From Geosiphon pyriformis uo1 (taxonomy: Eukaryota; Fungi; Glomeromycota), in NCBI GenBank assembly GCA_016748015.1, contig JAAOMT010000620.1:457391-521390 (forward strand): a DNA stretch of 64,000 nt. The letters are read 5' to 3'. The translations under genes and the position numbers were made by a program. The notes beneath the pieces are model-generated. The model saw nothing but the letters and a program-made list of their open reading frames with translations, made no database searches and was not told the origin of the DNA. Shown here in pieces: positions 1-13,976 of the stretch (its first letter is position 1; each line of letters opens with the position of its first letter).

Positions 1-494
1 TACAGAAATTTTGCTTTTATAGTTGTTGTTATTGTTAATATTATTGTTGTTATTAATATTACAAACAATTATTATCTTTTTAATATTGTAGAAACTAATA
101 AATTCTCGAATTTTTGGCAAAAAATTTCTCAATTTTTTGAGTTAATTTTTTACTTAATTAAGTTAGATTTGCATTAATATTGGAAGTTTTATTTATAATT
201 AAGTTAACAGCTTATATATAATTGGTTTTTTGTTTTATTGATTCAAAGTTATAAACAAGTATTATTGTATTTTGTAAATTTTTAAGATGAAATTTACTGA
301 TCAAAGTATATTTTTTTTTAATTTCTTAATAAATTGATTCAGAATTTGTTCTAAAGTATAGTAGTTTTTTTCAATTGTTTAAATTTGGCAAAAAATTTAA
401 TTTAATTATTTAAAATAAGTAATGACTACTTTATAATTTTTTTGTTTTATTATATTAAATTAATTTTGTAATTAGGTCAAAATATTTAGATTAC

Positions 495-1303
495 TGTTAT
501 TCATATAAATTAAAAAAAATAATAATTAAATAAAAATAAAAAATAGGTACAGAAAAAAAAAATTTTAAATTTTAAAATTTTAGAAATTTACTTAGCAAAA
601 ATCACAAGATTTTAAGATTTCAGAATATTAAATAGAAAGAATAAAAAAATTTCAAAAAATCTTGTATAATAAAAATTATATATATATAATAATAATATTA
701 AAGAGAAAAAAACAAATAAGTAGTTAGAAACAAAAATTTCTAATTTAATTTTTTCTTTATTATTCTATTTTAAAAATTAGTTTTTTATAATTTGAAATAG
801 ATTTATATCTATTTAATAAACATATTATATACTTTACTATACATACCATTATAGTTGTTTAATTAAATACTTATTATTCTTATTTATTAGTTCTTATATT
901 AATAAACTTTAATACTTAATTACATTAAAACAATAGTTTTTAAATATAGTTATTAATAAAATACTAATTTTTTCTTTCTCTTTATTGTTTTATTTTATTT
1001 TTATTATTGATTGTATTTTGTATATACTAATTAATTAAAAGATTAAGCACTAAGATTATTAATGTTAAAAATAATCTGGTAAAAAACTCATAAAACAAGA
1101 ATAAAAACTTAAGAATAACTTATCAGAAAAGCATAACTACCAAATTAAATTAGAAAAAAAAATTCAAAAAAACAATACAAAGAACTCAAAACCAAAATTT
1201 TTAGATTATATAAATATTTAGAATTTTATTATTATTAACCAATTAGTACCAAGTTATAAGTTTTAATTATTAAAACCAAAACCCAATTTTTTTATTTGTA
1301 ATA
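495..1303 (+). repeat. Solo LTR
   Basis: Starts TGTTA, ends TGTAATA (TGTAACA with C>T). Flanked by TTAC (491-494) and TTAT (1304-1307), a near-perfect 4-bp TSD. Colinear with the LTR-like units at 32234-33725. Confidence 0.7.
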
Positions 1304-1751
1304 TTATAAAAATATTGAAAAAAGATGAGTTTAAAGACAGTAAAATCAGTTAGCTTTTTATTAAAATTTTCATATTATAAGTCAGCAGTTTTAATTAAGA
1401 AGAAAAACAAGACTTGAATTATTTTGATATTATTCTAATTGTTAATAATAATTGTTTTTTGGTTTTTGCAATCTAAGTATAAGTATTTTTTTAAATTTTT
1501 TTTTCTAATTTAGTAATATTTTTATAAATCATAATAAATATAATAAAAGATTGTTTAGTTAATAATAATAAAAAACTGGTAAAAATATTTTTGGTTTTTT
1601 AGTTAAACTTAATATTAATTATTTTTATTTATTAGTTGTTACAATAGATTAAAACAGCAATGTTTTTTTTAAAAAGATAGTTGTTAATTTAGTTAGTGGT
1701 TGTAACAGTTGTTGTTTTTAAGTAGAAGTATTTTAAAAAGTACTGTTTATT

Positions 1752-4081
1752 TTTATTTTTTTTATTTAACGAGTGAGACCCAAATACAACCTAAAACTAT
1801 AATACCACAGAAGAGATTATATTATAGGTGTAAATTATGCGTTTTCTACATGTGATCAGACACTCGGCCCAATCAAGGACTCACTATGCTGAATTAAAAA
1901 TAGGTGAGAATAATCCCAATCCACGAATTCTCTCAATGATACCATTCAGATTCCTAGAGTCAAAAATAAACTCACTAAAAAACAATCTAGTAGATTCAAT
2001 ATTGCTCTTGGTTTCAGTACCAGACATTCGCCACAAAGCAATAACATGCTCAATAGTGTCCTCACTTAAAAAGGAAAGCTTAGCAGCCAATATACTATCA
2101 TAATCCATATTACCAAAGTCAACCTCAGATCTAAGACAAGCAAAGTCCTTAGAAACTCCAACCATGAAACTAGCAAAATTGTTAGCAGCACTTTTCATGG
2201 AAATAATATCTTTCTTGATCTGAACAGTCTTAACAGCATTATTATCAAGAAGACGAGACACCAAAGCAACCAAAAAACCAACAGGCTCAACAATAGACTT
2301 AACCAGAGCAGCCAAATCCAAAATCTGCTTTTCCAAAGAATCTAATCTAGAACCAACAGCAGGATCAGCAGCAGAAACAACCAAAGGAGCCACCAAAGAA
2401 GCCACCAAAGGAAGAAACTCAGAAAGACCAGAAGGAGCAGCAATCTTGGCATATGAAGCAGAACCCACAAAATAAGACTTGAAAACCTTGGGAACCTTGG
2501 ACGTGAAAGATGGAGAAATCTTGCAATCTGCAGCCAGATGGCCTATTTCTTAACACCTAAAGCAATACCAGCAGCCAGGAGTTTCTCACCAGATACGGCA
2601 TTTCCTTAGAGTACCAGTCTTGACTATAGCAGAATCCAAATCGTTTTGAGAGTCAAATGTAACCAAAGCAAATTGGGAACAATGACCAGAATCAGGAAAC
2701 CAAGGGATGAAGCATGTTCACCCACCAACTCGAGAAATCATATCACTAATTTTAAAAGCTGTGCAGCCAGAAGGAAGATTGACCAACTTGGTCTTGAACC
2801 TATTATGAGACAGAATGGCCTCATTCTGATTAATAACTGAAAGGATCTTAACACTATTTTTGTCCACTAGAATTGACCAATGATTGAAAGCAGCAGCAGC
2901 AGCATCCAATTCCTTAAAGTAAACAACCATGTACTGCCAAACACCAGCAGGCTTCAGCACAACACGGACAACTTTACCAAATACACCAAGAACCATCTTA
3001 ATATTAGCAGCTGATACACCCAAAGATATATTACACAGTGCAACAGTGGCAGAAGAGGAACCAGATTCAGAAACCACCAAAAACTTGACAATTTTGAGAG
3101 TGGCCAAATGAACAAAGCTTGTAAGCTCAACCAGAAATACAGTTTCTAAAGACTGTTGAGAAGCAAACTTCACACAGAAAAGCTTCACATTGTCTTTTAA
3201 AACAGATTTAGCACCCAAAAAACCATGTACAGACTGAAAAACAGCCTTAACATGAGCCAATTTGATCTTAAAAGTAACACCAAATACCAGAGTAGAGGCT
3301 ACCCACTCAGCAAACCTTTGACAACTAGTAATAGTTTCCCAAACACCACTAGAAGTAGCACCAGAAACTAGAGGAGGAGATGATTCAGTTTCCATTTGAT
3401 CAGCCCAGTTCCCAAGAACAGGTAACTCAACAAAAGGAGATTGTTTTGCTTCTAAAACCAGCGATGATCTGCTAGAAGATACCATATTTGGCAACACAGC
3501 TAGTGGTTGATCTTGGCTCATCTTAGACAATGTGCTGGATGATGCTATAGAGATCTTATCTAAGATCTCATTAGGAACCACAAAGGGGTTTGGTGTAACA
3601 ATAGCAGAAACAAGCAACTGCTCCTATTTTTCTGAACTTTTGGTCTTTTTGACCATTTTTTTTGAAGAAGCAGTGCTAGCAACACCAAGTGTTGAATCTA
3701 TGGAAGAGAAAACCAGCTTATTTACTGGTCTATTATTAAAAACTTTTGGGCTCTTGGTTGGAGTGGAGACAACACTGGGACTAACCCAAGTGTGTTTCTT
3801 TGAGAGAACTTTGACTGGTGAGAAACCAGCCAAAGATGAGGAAATTGCTTCAGTGGCTACCAAAGGCAGCTTATCACGATTACTGAGTAAAGGCTTCTAA
3901 AACATTTTGTCTAGTTGTTTCTATAACAGAGAAAGCTCTTCTGATTGAAATTTTATTAGATATCTCAGGACAAATATCAGGTGCAGCTTTTTTACTCTTT
4001 GCTCTGGTCATGGTCATAAAATTAAGGAGACAAAAAGCTTTTTTATTTTTTTTTATTTTTTTTTTATTTTTATTTTTTTAG
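1752..4081 (-). mobile_element. ORF1-only non-autonomous non-LTR retroelement (HAL1-like)
   Basis: A single LINE-ORF1-like frame is followed directly by a ~120-nt 3' UTR and A-rich tail homologous to the LINE 3' ends at ~52340-52470 and ~57310-57445. Candidate TSD TGTTTATT at 1744-1751 and 4082-4089. No EN/RT sequence. Confidence 0.75.
1884..4017 (-). pseudogene. LINE ORF1-like protein (RRM-like repeats, CCHC knuckle, coiled coil, extra C-terminal domain), disrupted
   Basis: ATG at 4017, one frameshift near 3890, then ORF fragments 3624-3863, 2718-3617 and 1884-2468. Knuckle CFRC*EIGHLAADC at ~2525-2565. VALCNISLGVSAANIKMVLGVFG..GVWQYMVVYF..HWSILVDKNSVKI aligns with AVVVKKIPVGTLAEAVRAALSEFG..GLWQKAVVEF..EWSILIEKDAVRV of ORF1 at 62.1-63.9 kb. 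Confidence 0.8.
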
Positions 4082-7000
4082 TGTTTATTACAAGAGTAAA
4101 ATTTTCAAATAATGTTTTATATTCTTTTAATAATTTAATTCAGAGATTTTTGTTGAAATTCCAAGAATAAAAATTTTTAAAAGTTTTTGAGGTTTTAAAC
4201 TATAAACTAGTAAATTGATTGAATAATATTCTATTTTTTAAAGTTTAATAATATAATAAGATTATTAATAATAGAATTTTAATTTTTTACTAATTGTAAT
4301 TTGTAATTTTTTTGTATAAACTGTTATTAAATATTTCTTTTTATATTGAATTCTGATTTTTCAAAAGTGGGTTTTGAGTTGTAATTTTTTTGTAATTGTA
4401 AATATTAATTTTAAATGTATATTTCAATTTTTTGTTAATAAGGAAAAAAATTTCTGCTATTGTTTTCTTAGTAATAAAAATTAAATATAAAAGTAAATTT
4501 TAGTGAATTTGTACTTTAAATTTTTTAGTATTTGCAATTTTGTTTAAATAATAATTAATTTTAGTGTATACATAATAAAAAAATTACTTTTAGCTATGAA
4601 TGTTTTTTTTGGTATTCTTAAATCTTCTTGAAAATATTGATATAAAACTTTTTTAAAAGATAAGTAATCTTTTTCAATAATTTTAATGATTACTATTTTG
4701 TAAGTTTTCTGAGTATTCTATTTTTGTAAATTTTATAATTTTACAAAGAGCACTAAATATTATGAATAAACTTAATAGAATATAATTATAATATTTAGTA
4801 CTTATAATTTAATAATAAAAGCTAAGTAGTTTCTGAATAAATTAGTTTTAGTTATAATTGAATTTATTAGTCTTTGAAAGTTTTTTTGTTTTAAGTTTTA
4901 TCTGTTAAGTTTTTTTGTTATAAGACACAAAAATATAAATTCAGTAATTATGTTGTTATAATTATGTATTCTTCTAAACTAGTTAAGCACAATTATTAAG
5001 ATTTAATATTGTTTTTTTGCTTTTCTAGTAAGTTAATAAGATAAAATTAATATTTAATACTTAGAAAAAGCTTTTTTTTTATCAGATTATTATAAAGTCA
5101 ATATTGTTATTTTACAAGAGAAAAAAATAAAATAAAAATAAAATAAAAATAAAATAAAAATAAAATAAATAAATAAAATAAAATAAAAATTAGTATTTTA
5201 TCAATTATTGTGATCAAAAATAATTGATTTAAGCTGTTAAAGTTCTAAAAATATTTATGCTAATAATATTTAGTTAAAAACAAAAATAAAAAAACAATTA
5301 ATTAGATTTTACAATTAGAATATTAGAATTATGTACTTGTAGATTAGATAATAATATTTTATTAAAATAATAGAAAATATAAAAAAAAATAAGATAAAAA
5401 AGTTATTAAACTAAAAAAAAGATATTAAAATATATTTAATTCTTGTTTGTTTTGTTTTTTTTTATTTACTAAAATCATTTGTTTTTATATATATTTTCTA
5501 ATAAAATAAGATTGTTTTTTAATTGTTTATTATTATTAACTATTATTAACTATTTTAATTATTGTTTTATTTTTTTTTATTATAACTAGTTATTTTATAT
5601 TTTTATGTAATAATCATATTTTTTAACATTTTTAATTAGTTTTTTTATTTGAATAACAATATTAATTAATTATTTATTTTTTTATTTTTTCTATAAATAA
5701 TAGTAAATGAAATTTAAAATTGGATTTTAAAAAAAATATATTATATATAAAGTAAACAAAAATTAGAAAAAAAACTTATTTAACAATTATAATAAAAAAA
5801 TTTTATTATATTTATATTATTATTTAGCAATCTAAATTAAAAAATTTACAAAAAAACTTAAAATATTAAACATATCAAAAAAATTTATAATATTATTATT
5901 AAAAAATAATAGTTAAAATTTTTTATAAAAAATATAATTTTTATTATTAAAATTTAAAAACTTTTATTAATAATTAAAAACAAAATTAACTTTAATAATA
6001 TTAAATATAAACATTAAAATTTTTAATAATAATATTTAACTTAAAATTAGTTTTTTATAAAAAATAAAACTTATATTTTTATTAATTCTATTGTATTAAT
6101 ATTAATTAGAATGCTTAATTTTAATTAATTATAAACAATATTTTATTTTGTTTTAAGCAATAATAATAACACATTTATTAAATTTAATTAATTTTTAATA
6201 TATTGTTTAATAAATTTTAGTTAATTATTAATAATTTTAAATAAAACAAATTATGTTTTTATATTTTTGTTTAAATAACTTATTAAATTATAAAAATTAA
6301 ATAAATAAAATAGAAATTAAAATTTTTTTTTGTTTTTTAAAATATTATTGTTTTAAAAATACTTAAAAAACAATAATTAAAAATATTTTTTATATAAATA
6401 AGTTTTATTTTAATGTTTAATGTTATTGTAAAGATTAAAATAATTTATGTAAAAATTTTATTTTAATTATTATATAGTTTTATTAAATTTAAATTAATTA
6501 TTAAAAATAATATTAAGTTTTTTTTGTTAAAAATTTACATATTAACTTTTTTTTTTTATTACTTTTAAAATTATAAGATTTGTTGTAATTTTTATTGTTT
6601 TTTATAATGTGTTTTTGAATATTTTTAAAATTTTTAATAAATTTATTAGCATTAAATTAAAGTATATTAATTTATAATAATAATATTGTTATTTTAAAAA
6701 TTTTAAAACTTTTAATATGTTTTTGTTTGTTAATTAATTTTGATAAAAAATATTGTTAAATTTTTATTTATTAATTAAAAAAAAATTATTTTTATCATAT
6801 ATTTAAAATTAAGTTAGTTAAATTTTTTTTGGTTATATTGTTTTTGAAATTAATAATATATTTGTTTATATTTATAATTAAACTTGTTTTAATTTTTAAT
6901 TTTTAAATTTAATTATATATTATTGTTATTTTTAAGTTTAAAAAGTTTTTAATATTGTAATTATTAAGATAAATACTTTAAAAAAAATTGTATTTAATAA

Positions 7001-7611
7001 AAAATTTTAAAATATTAGTATTTTTATAGTTTAACTTATTTGATTTTAGCTATAAAATTATTTTTTTTAATTTATTAAAAGGTTTTTTAACTTTTTTGTT
7101 ACATATAAATTATTATATTGGTTTAATTTTTTATATTAAAACTGTTAACTTTTTAAATTTGTATAATTTAATTATTATATATTAATAAAATATTTGGTTT
7201 TAAATTTAAAATTTGCTATTAAACCAATTAACTTTCTAATAATATTAATTATTTTATGATTATTTATTAAAAATATTTTAATTTTGAATATATATATAAT
7301 TTTAATAATAATAAAATAAAAAATATAATTATATGATTATTTTATAATAAATATGTAATTTTAAAATTAAAAATTGTATTAAGAAAACTAAATTGTTTTT
7401 AAGTAAGTTTATTTTTAATTCTAAAAATTTGAATAGTATTATTAAGAAACTTGGTAAGCTGAATTTTTTTCTAGTTTTTTTTGGTTTAGTTTAGTTAGTG
7501 CTTTGATTGACTTAGTTGGTTACATATAGAAAATACATGATTAACATCTAATTTAAGTTATTTAGTTTGGCATATTGTATTAAATAATTTTTTGGCACAC
7601 TTTGTTAAAAC

Positions 7612-7653
<42 letters not shown>
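7612..7653. repeat. (ATA)n microsatellite
   Basis: About 14 perfect ATA units. Confidence 0.9.
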
Positions 7654-7657
<4 letters not shown>

Positions 7658-10395
7658 TTAAAAATAATATTTTAAGTAAAAATAATATTTTTAATAAAAT
7701 AATTGTTTATAAAACTTTAATATTAATAAAAATGTTAAATATGTAATTTAATTTCTTATAACAAAAATTTAAGTTAGATAATTTGTAAAATAAATACTTT
7801 AAAATTTTTAATTAATAAAATATAATCTTAATATAAGTTTAAATAGTTGGTTATGTATTAAACTCATATAATTTTTGTTTATAAGTAATATAAGTATAAT
7901 AATTTAATAAATAATAAAAAAATGAAAACAAAAAAAATTGTTTAATTTATGATTTAATTTTACAAAACAATTATTGTATAAATTATTTGTATATTTTAAA
8001 TATATTTTTACTAATAAATTGACAATATAAATAAAAAATTTAAAGAAATATTTTTTAAAACTGAAAAATTATAACTTTAGAATACTTGTTATTTTATGAA
8101 ACTCAAAAATATTTAATTAATTAGAATTTTTAACAAAACAATTAATCTTAATTTTGGTTTGTAAAAAAACACAGTTAATAAACAAATAATAAGAATGTTT
8201 TTATAATAGTTTAATAATAATTATTTGTAAATTATTAATAAAATAGATAATTACAATTATAAATATTTTTTAAATAAAAATATACAAAAAAATTAATTGT
8301 TGAAAAAAATAAAAAAATAATTTATAATTTATATTATACAAAACTAAAATTATTCAAAACAAATAAATAAAGATAACACTGATAAAAACATTTAAATTTA
8401 ATAATAAACAAATAACTTAAGTATGTTTTAATTTATATATATTTAAAATAAACACAGTAATAAAATATACAATTTATAAACATCAATTTTTGAAAATCTT
8501 ATTGATTTTTAATGTTTATGTTTACAAACCAAAAAAACGAAAAATTTACAACAAAAAAGCTTACATATTTTGAATTTTTGCAAGAGAGAAATATTGAATA
8601 AAACTGAATTATTAAGATTAATAAATATATAAACTTATAAAATTTTCAACAACACTTTTGCATATTCAACAAAAATTTCTTACTTTATATAAAAAAACTT
8701 CTTACGTTGTATTACGAAGGCTATCATCAAATATAAAATCGGGTATTAAAATTTAAATATTTAATTCTAAACAAAACCAAATTATTATTTGTACAATTTG
8801 TTTATTTGAAATAATTCAATTTTTTTTTGATAAATTACTTTAAAGTTACAATTTCTTTAAAACTTCTATCTAATTGAATTTTCGGCTGAGGTGCTCAATA
8901 ATATTTTTATCCACAGTTTAAAAATCACAATTTAAAAATCACATTTTTTAAAAGAGCTTGAAAAATAAATAGCACAAGTTCAAAATTAAAATTTTCAAAA
9001 TTTTTGATTTCGCAATTTACAACTGTTCCTGAAGCTATAAGACCACCAATATCATTTTCTCTCGATATGTAATTTTTTGGTCAGTTTATATTCATTTTAG
9101 TTTTAAATAACCAATGTCATCATCTCATGCAGTTTCGCTTAGTAATTGTCGTTTATTAATGGTTTCAAAGATTCGAATTCTCATTCCTTATTAAATCATT
9201 TAAAATATAATTTTTTTTGTGGTTCCTATTATATTCAAGGGAAAAAAAATGAAAATACCAGTATCTCGTACCACTAAATCTTTGAGAAGCACTGGTAACT
9301 CCGGACTTAGTCAAAAGATATATACCCTCGACTAGGTCCGGAACCACCGGAACTGCAAATTTTGGTTGGAAGAAAATTTCCAAAGGGAAGAGTGAGGATG
9401 TCGAGTAAAAATACTCTGCCCACGAGTGATTTCCAAAAATACAAAAAATTATTTAAAACTGTAAATTATTTTGGCCTTTGCATTTTTTGCGGAAGAGGAA
9501 TCCGGTTTGATTAAAATAAATGAAGGTTGGATTCAAATGTTTGAAAGCATGATTAAAATTTAAATCTCAATAACCACTCCAATTTCTGATAACGAGCCTT
9601 AACACTGAAAGAATTTTACATTTTTCTGTTGAGTGGCATGAGCTCCGGGGGTCAAAGCCTCATTAAAATGATGAATCGAGAATTTTTTCTTTCGACATCA
9701 AAAGTTAAAGAGGTAATAAGTAAAAAGGACAAGAGCCTGCTTGAAAATTTGAACAACATATATTCGAGAAATTGGGTGTCTGTTTAAACGAATAATCCTA
9801 TTTTAGAAGCTTCTTTTGAGTTTACAAAGAGCCTCGATTAGAATTCGAAATTGACATCAATAATAGGAAAAAAAAAATCAAACAAGCCAGAATATTGTGA
9901 TTACTGTTTGCCGTTTTTATGCTAGATTAAATCACCAGGAATTTACAATTGGTCTTCACAAGCTTGAATTCATTTCTTTCACACTTTTAAAAGACTTTAG
10001 CAAATTTGAATTAACTTTTGATGCAATGAGAAAAAAATACATGAAAAGTTATATGAAAGGGGACTTGAATTATATTATTATTTAATTACTTGCCATTAAG
10101 TTGGATTTGATTGTCACAGAAAAGCTTTCAATAAGAAGGCAACCAACAAAAGATAAAACTTGAAATTAAAGCGGCGGACGTTTTGTGTTTCAAAACTTCT
10201 ATAAAATAGCATCTAATGGATTGTCGAACCACACGTGCGATCGTGGATGTTGACGAATATTATTATTCGTCGATAAAAGTCGCAAATTTTTGCTTCAGCA
10301 AAATTAGACACTGGTTCTTTCAACAATATCATTTCAGACCTGCTGCTCAAAGACGCTGCTGCTATTACCTGTAGAATTTGAAAATTCGTAAATTT

Positions 10396-12979
10396 TTAAT
10401 CGACCTCAATTTTAATTTCAACATGGTCTTCGAAGCCGTCTTCGAATTCATCATCGTCATTATAATCATCAGCGTCTTCGTCGTTTGTTCCGATTGAAGA
10501 CGAAGTGTTGGTTGTTTGTCCATTAGATTTTGTTCTAGCCTTTTTCTGACGATCTGGACTAGTCAATAATTCTCCAATTTCCTGGACACCCTCGGTTCTT
10601 TTTCTTTTTTGAGAATTTAGAACTTCTTCATCCTCCTGGTCTTCATCTTCGCTACTTTCGTCATCCTGAAACTCTTGTTCTTCACTTCCATCACTTTTTT
10701 GTCCAGTTTCAGCTCCCCAGTGACCTCTATCTACTTCGCCTCCATAATAAACAAATAATTCTTCACCCTTTAATATATCTCTTTTAGTCCAACAAATAAC
10801 CTGATTAACTTCATTACCCTCCAAAAAAACCATATTCCCAAATGGATCTTCGTTCATAAAATGAAAAGGACAAAATATTTTTCCATTTGGATCGGTAAAC
10901 GGTTCTCCCTTGGCATCAGTAGCATCAAGAATTGTATGACGATATCTCATTGAATAATGTGAGGCTTTCCCCACGTTATCCTTGTAAAGATCAAATTCAT
11001 GTTCCAAAGTTGGCACTCCAAAGTAAAATCCAAGTGGAGTGGTCATAGGGAGATTTCTCGTTGCAAATAAACCACGCCCTGCATTTGGAATTGTAGATGT
11101 ACGAACTTCAACAATGTCACTCAACTTACTAGGAACACCTGTTAAATCAAGCCCATTTAGAATTTCTTCTGGATTTGCTGCTTGAACTATTGCACTATTT
11201 TTGGTTACTCTAATTTTTTTTTCACTATAATCAACTGCCTCTCGTGCTTTAGTTCTCAAAGAAAATGGTGTCTGTGGTGTATCGGTCTTTTTGGCAGAAG
11301 ATTTGGGGGTGTAAAGGTCTTTTAGTGGGGTAAGTTCTTTCTGAACCCCAGCACGCATGGGATATACACAAAGTATTCCTTTAGTTTTACATCTTGTGCA
11401 AGAAGGTAACTTCATATCACACCCCCTTAGTTCAGGACCACAACGTCTACATCTTAAATGTTTTTCGTTGCTTGCTCCTACACTCAAAACAACCGCTCGT
11501 GGACTTTTAATAAGTTCAGTACCTGTTTAAAGTATTAAAATCAGACGAATTTTAATGAATTGGTTAATCCAAACATTTGCAGAAAGTATTTTTAATAATT
11601 ACCAGGCTTAGATTTTTTTGTCTTTCCAAAACATAAGGGCCAATCGTGTTCCGTTAATCGTTTCATCCATTTATTGTAGGTGGCAATAGCATCATCAAGA
11701 TCTCCAGGTATGAAAGAGAGCTTATAAAAAGAGGTAGTAGCCCCGTCCTGCTTAATAGGTATAAAGTACTTGTCCGCATTTGTGGTCAGGCAGGCACTAG
11801 CAGAATTTTTTGGAGTCTATCAACATAGAACAACGCAATAATTCCCATACAATAAGCCACAACAAAATTAATTTTCAACATGATAATTTTAGATATATTT
11901 TAAGAGTTTATATATATATAATTAAAAAAAGATTATAACTTATTATATTCATGCAAATAGGAATTATATAAGGTAAACCTAATTTGATTACAATAACGCA
12001 CCTGACCCATAAAACATCTGGGTAAACCCTCGCGTGCGCTCATCTCTGCGTCCTTGGCTAAAGCTCGAGTAATAAGTTCAGTACGTGGCAAAATATGTGA
12101 AGGTGCTTCTAATAAAGTTCTGAGAAGCATTTGTTGCTGATTGTGCCACCTGGGACGAACTATTTGCTGTGGTAGTCTGTAACGTACACGAGGTCGTAAA
12201 GAGAACTTATGTCTTGGACCTTCATCACTATCTTCATCATTCTGGTCTAGGTCTTTTATTTCTGGATCATTGGGTATTCCTTTAGGAAATACTATTTTTA
12301 TAAAATTGCCTATATGAACATTATCGTCTTTTGATATATTAGTCTTGACGAGATCCAATAGTTTAAATCCTTTGGCGGCCGCTAGCTCTTGCATACACGC
12401 ATAAAAATAAGATAAAGTCTTTTGTTCGTAAATATCTCGAAATACATCACGAGAAATTTTGGAGATACACGGATAGAGGATATAAACGTTTCTGTCAGAA
12501 TTAAACTTTGAGGTACAATTCTTTAGGAATCTCTGAAGAACGTCGCGTGCACTTGCCCAATCTCTATGTGAATGTTCTAATACAGTTCTGATCATATTAA
12601 TAAAATCCTGATCGATTTCTATTGAAGTGTTGGAACTTTGGGACCCATTTTGTGGTGAAAGAATTGAAAGAAGGGTATTTCGAATGCGTTCTGCTCTATC
12701 GGGAGGTGCACACTCTGGATTAGGGGAAATTGTGAGCAGTTTCTCGACCAATGCAAGTCGTGAATTCTCATCGAGTTCCTGAAGCCTCTGAATAGCGCCT
12801 GCAAAAACATTTAACGGTAAGGGTGACAATGCCTTTATAACTATATCTTTGACGATATCCTCCCAAGCTTGCTCCAAACTTAAACCAGCTGCTAGTTTCG
12901 GCCGAATACGAGGTTCCAGCCATTTCTTTAACACCTCCGACAATTCTTGCTCTTTTTTCTTGCCAGACAGCTTTGTCAT
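10396..12979 (-). CDS. Winged-helix (HARE-HTH-like) + Zn(II)2Cys6 + SET-domain protein, ~772 aa; exons 12979-12002, 11816-11603, 11522-10396
   Basis: GT-AG introns join the frames (2319 nt). wHTH-like motif LLRTLLEAPSHILPRTELITRAL..FMGQTPKNSASACLT spans intron 1. CRRCGPELRGCDMKLPSCTRCKTKGILC fits Cx2Cx6Cx6Cx2Cx6C. SET motifs: STIPNAGRGLFATRNL, FMNE, KRDILKGEELFVYYG. Acidic tail. Confidence 0.85.
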
Positions 12980-13976
12980 TACCCTAATATTGTGATTTTC
13001 GAGGACCAATGGTATTTTTTAATATAAGAAGTGGTAGGTCAACAGAATGCGAGATCGAATCTCTCCTTAAGGCCTTTTTCTTTTTTTTGTTGAGTTTATG
13101 TATGTTGGGATTTAATTTTTATGATTACCCTTTCTGGGTGTTTTTATTGGGAAGGGTCTGTAGATCATCAACTATCAAAATCATTCGAGTTTCAACTTTT
13201 TTTAGCTTTTGACATTAAAAATTTTGCACTGCATTTAGCGTTTATTTAATTTATTTCCCAATTTTTAATTAATTTTTATAATTAATTTACTGTAGTTTTA
13301 TCTATAGTTTGGATAAAAAGTAAAAAATTAAATATACATGAATAAATACACATATAATTTGAATTAAATTTTGTATTTTTCATAATTTTTAATATTTGAT
13401 TATTTGATTAATTTTAAAGAATATATTATTACGTTTATTTTGCTTATTATTTATAAGAATTTTTTGTATTTATTCTAGTTTTTACTTAAAAATGATTTTT
13501 TGTTTGTTTTTTACAATTTTATAAATAAATTTTTTTGGAAAATTTATTTAATAACATGTGAAATTAAAAATATTAATTAATATGATATATCTTCTTTTAA
13601 TATTTAAAATTATTATATATGAATATTTTTTTGAAATGATAATATTTTGAAAAAAAATTTAAATGTTAATTACTTCAATAATTCCTGTATAAAAACTTTA
13701 TTAATTTAAATTCCAAATTTCCCATAAATGCGTTTCATAAATCAGAAATTAAACAGGTCATTGATTGGAAGATTTCATTTTTCGAAATATTTTTTATGAT
13801 CGGATTGACTTTTAATCAGTTTAACGACTAAAAGTAGTAAAACCTTCAAGTTTCTTACCCAATATGTAACTGTTGTGAACCATTGGTTCAACCTGAATAT
13901 ATATCAGTTTTTCAAGGAAAATGCAGACACGATCCCTTAGTCTGAAGCTAACATCCAATTTCCAAGCAATATATTA

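Larger units (their letters stand above)
1..5612 (-). mobile_element. Decayed Ty3/Gypsy element (gag region and 5' LTR), interrupted by a solo LTR and an ORF1-only retroelement
   Basis: Minus-strand translation near 180-370 (NYYTLEQILNQFIKKL) and DNA at 1310-1460 and 4090-4170 match the gag of the element at 27.5-28.3 kb. GAGCACTAAA-TATTATGAATAAACT at ~4748-4772 is a transition-mutated copy of its PBS/LTR junction GAAGCACCAAA-TGTTACAGGTAAACT. The right end is approximate. Confidence 0.7.

Noticed and set aside
9165-10085. ORFs 9165-9383 and 9897-10085 in a moderately GC-rich stretch
   Set aside because: Non-ATG starts, no recognisable motif, and no consistent splice model found.
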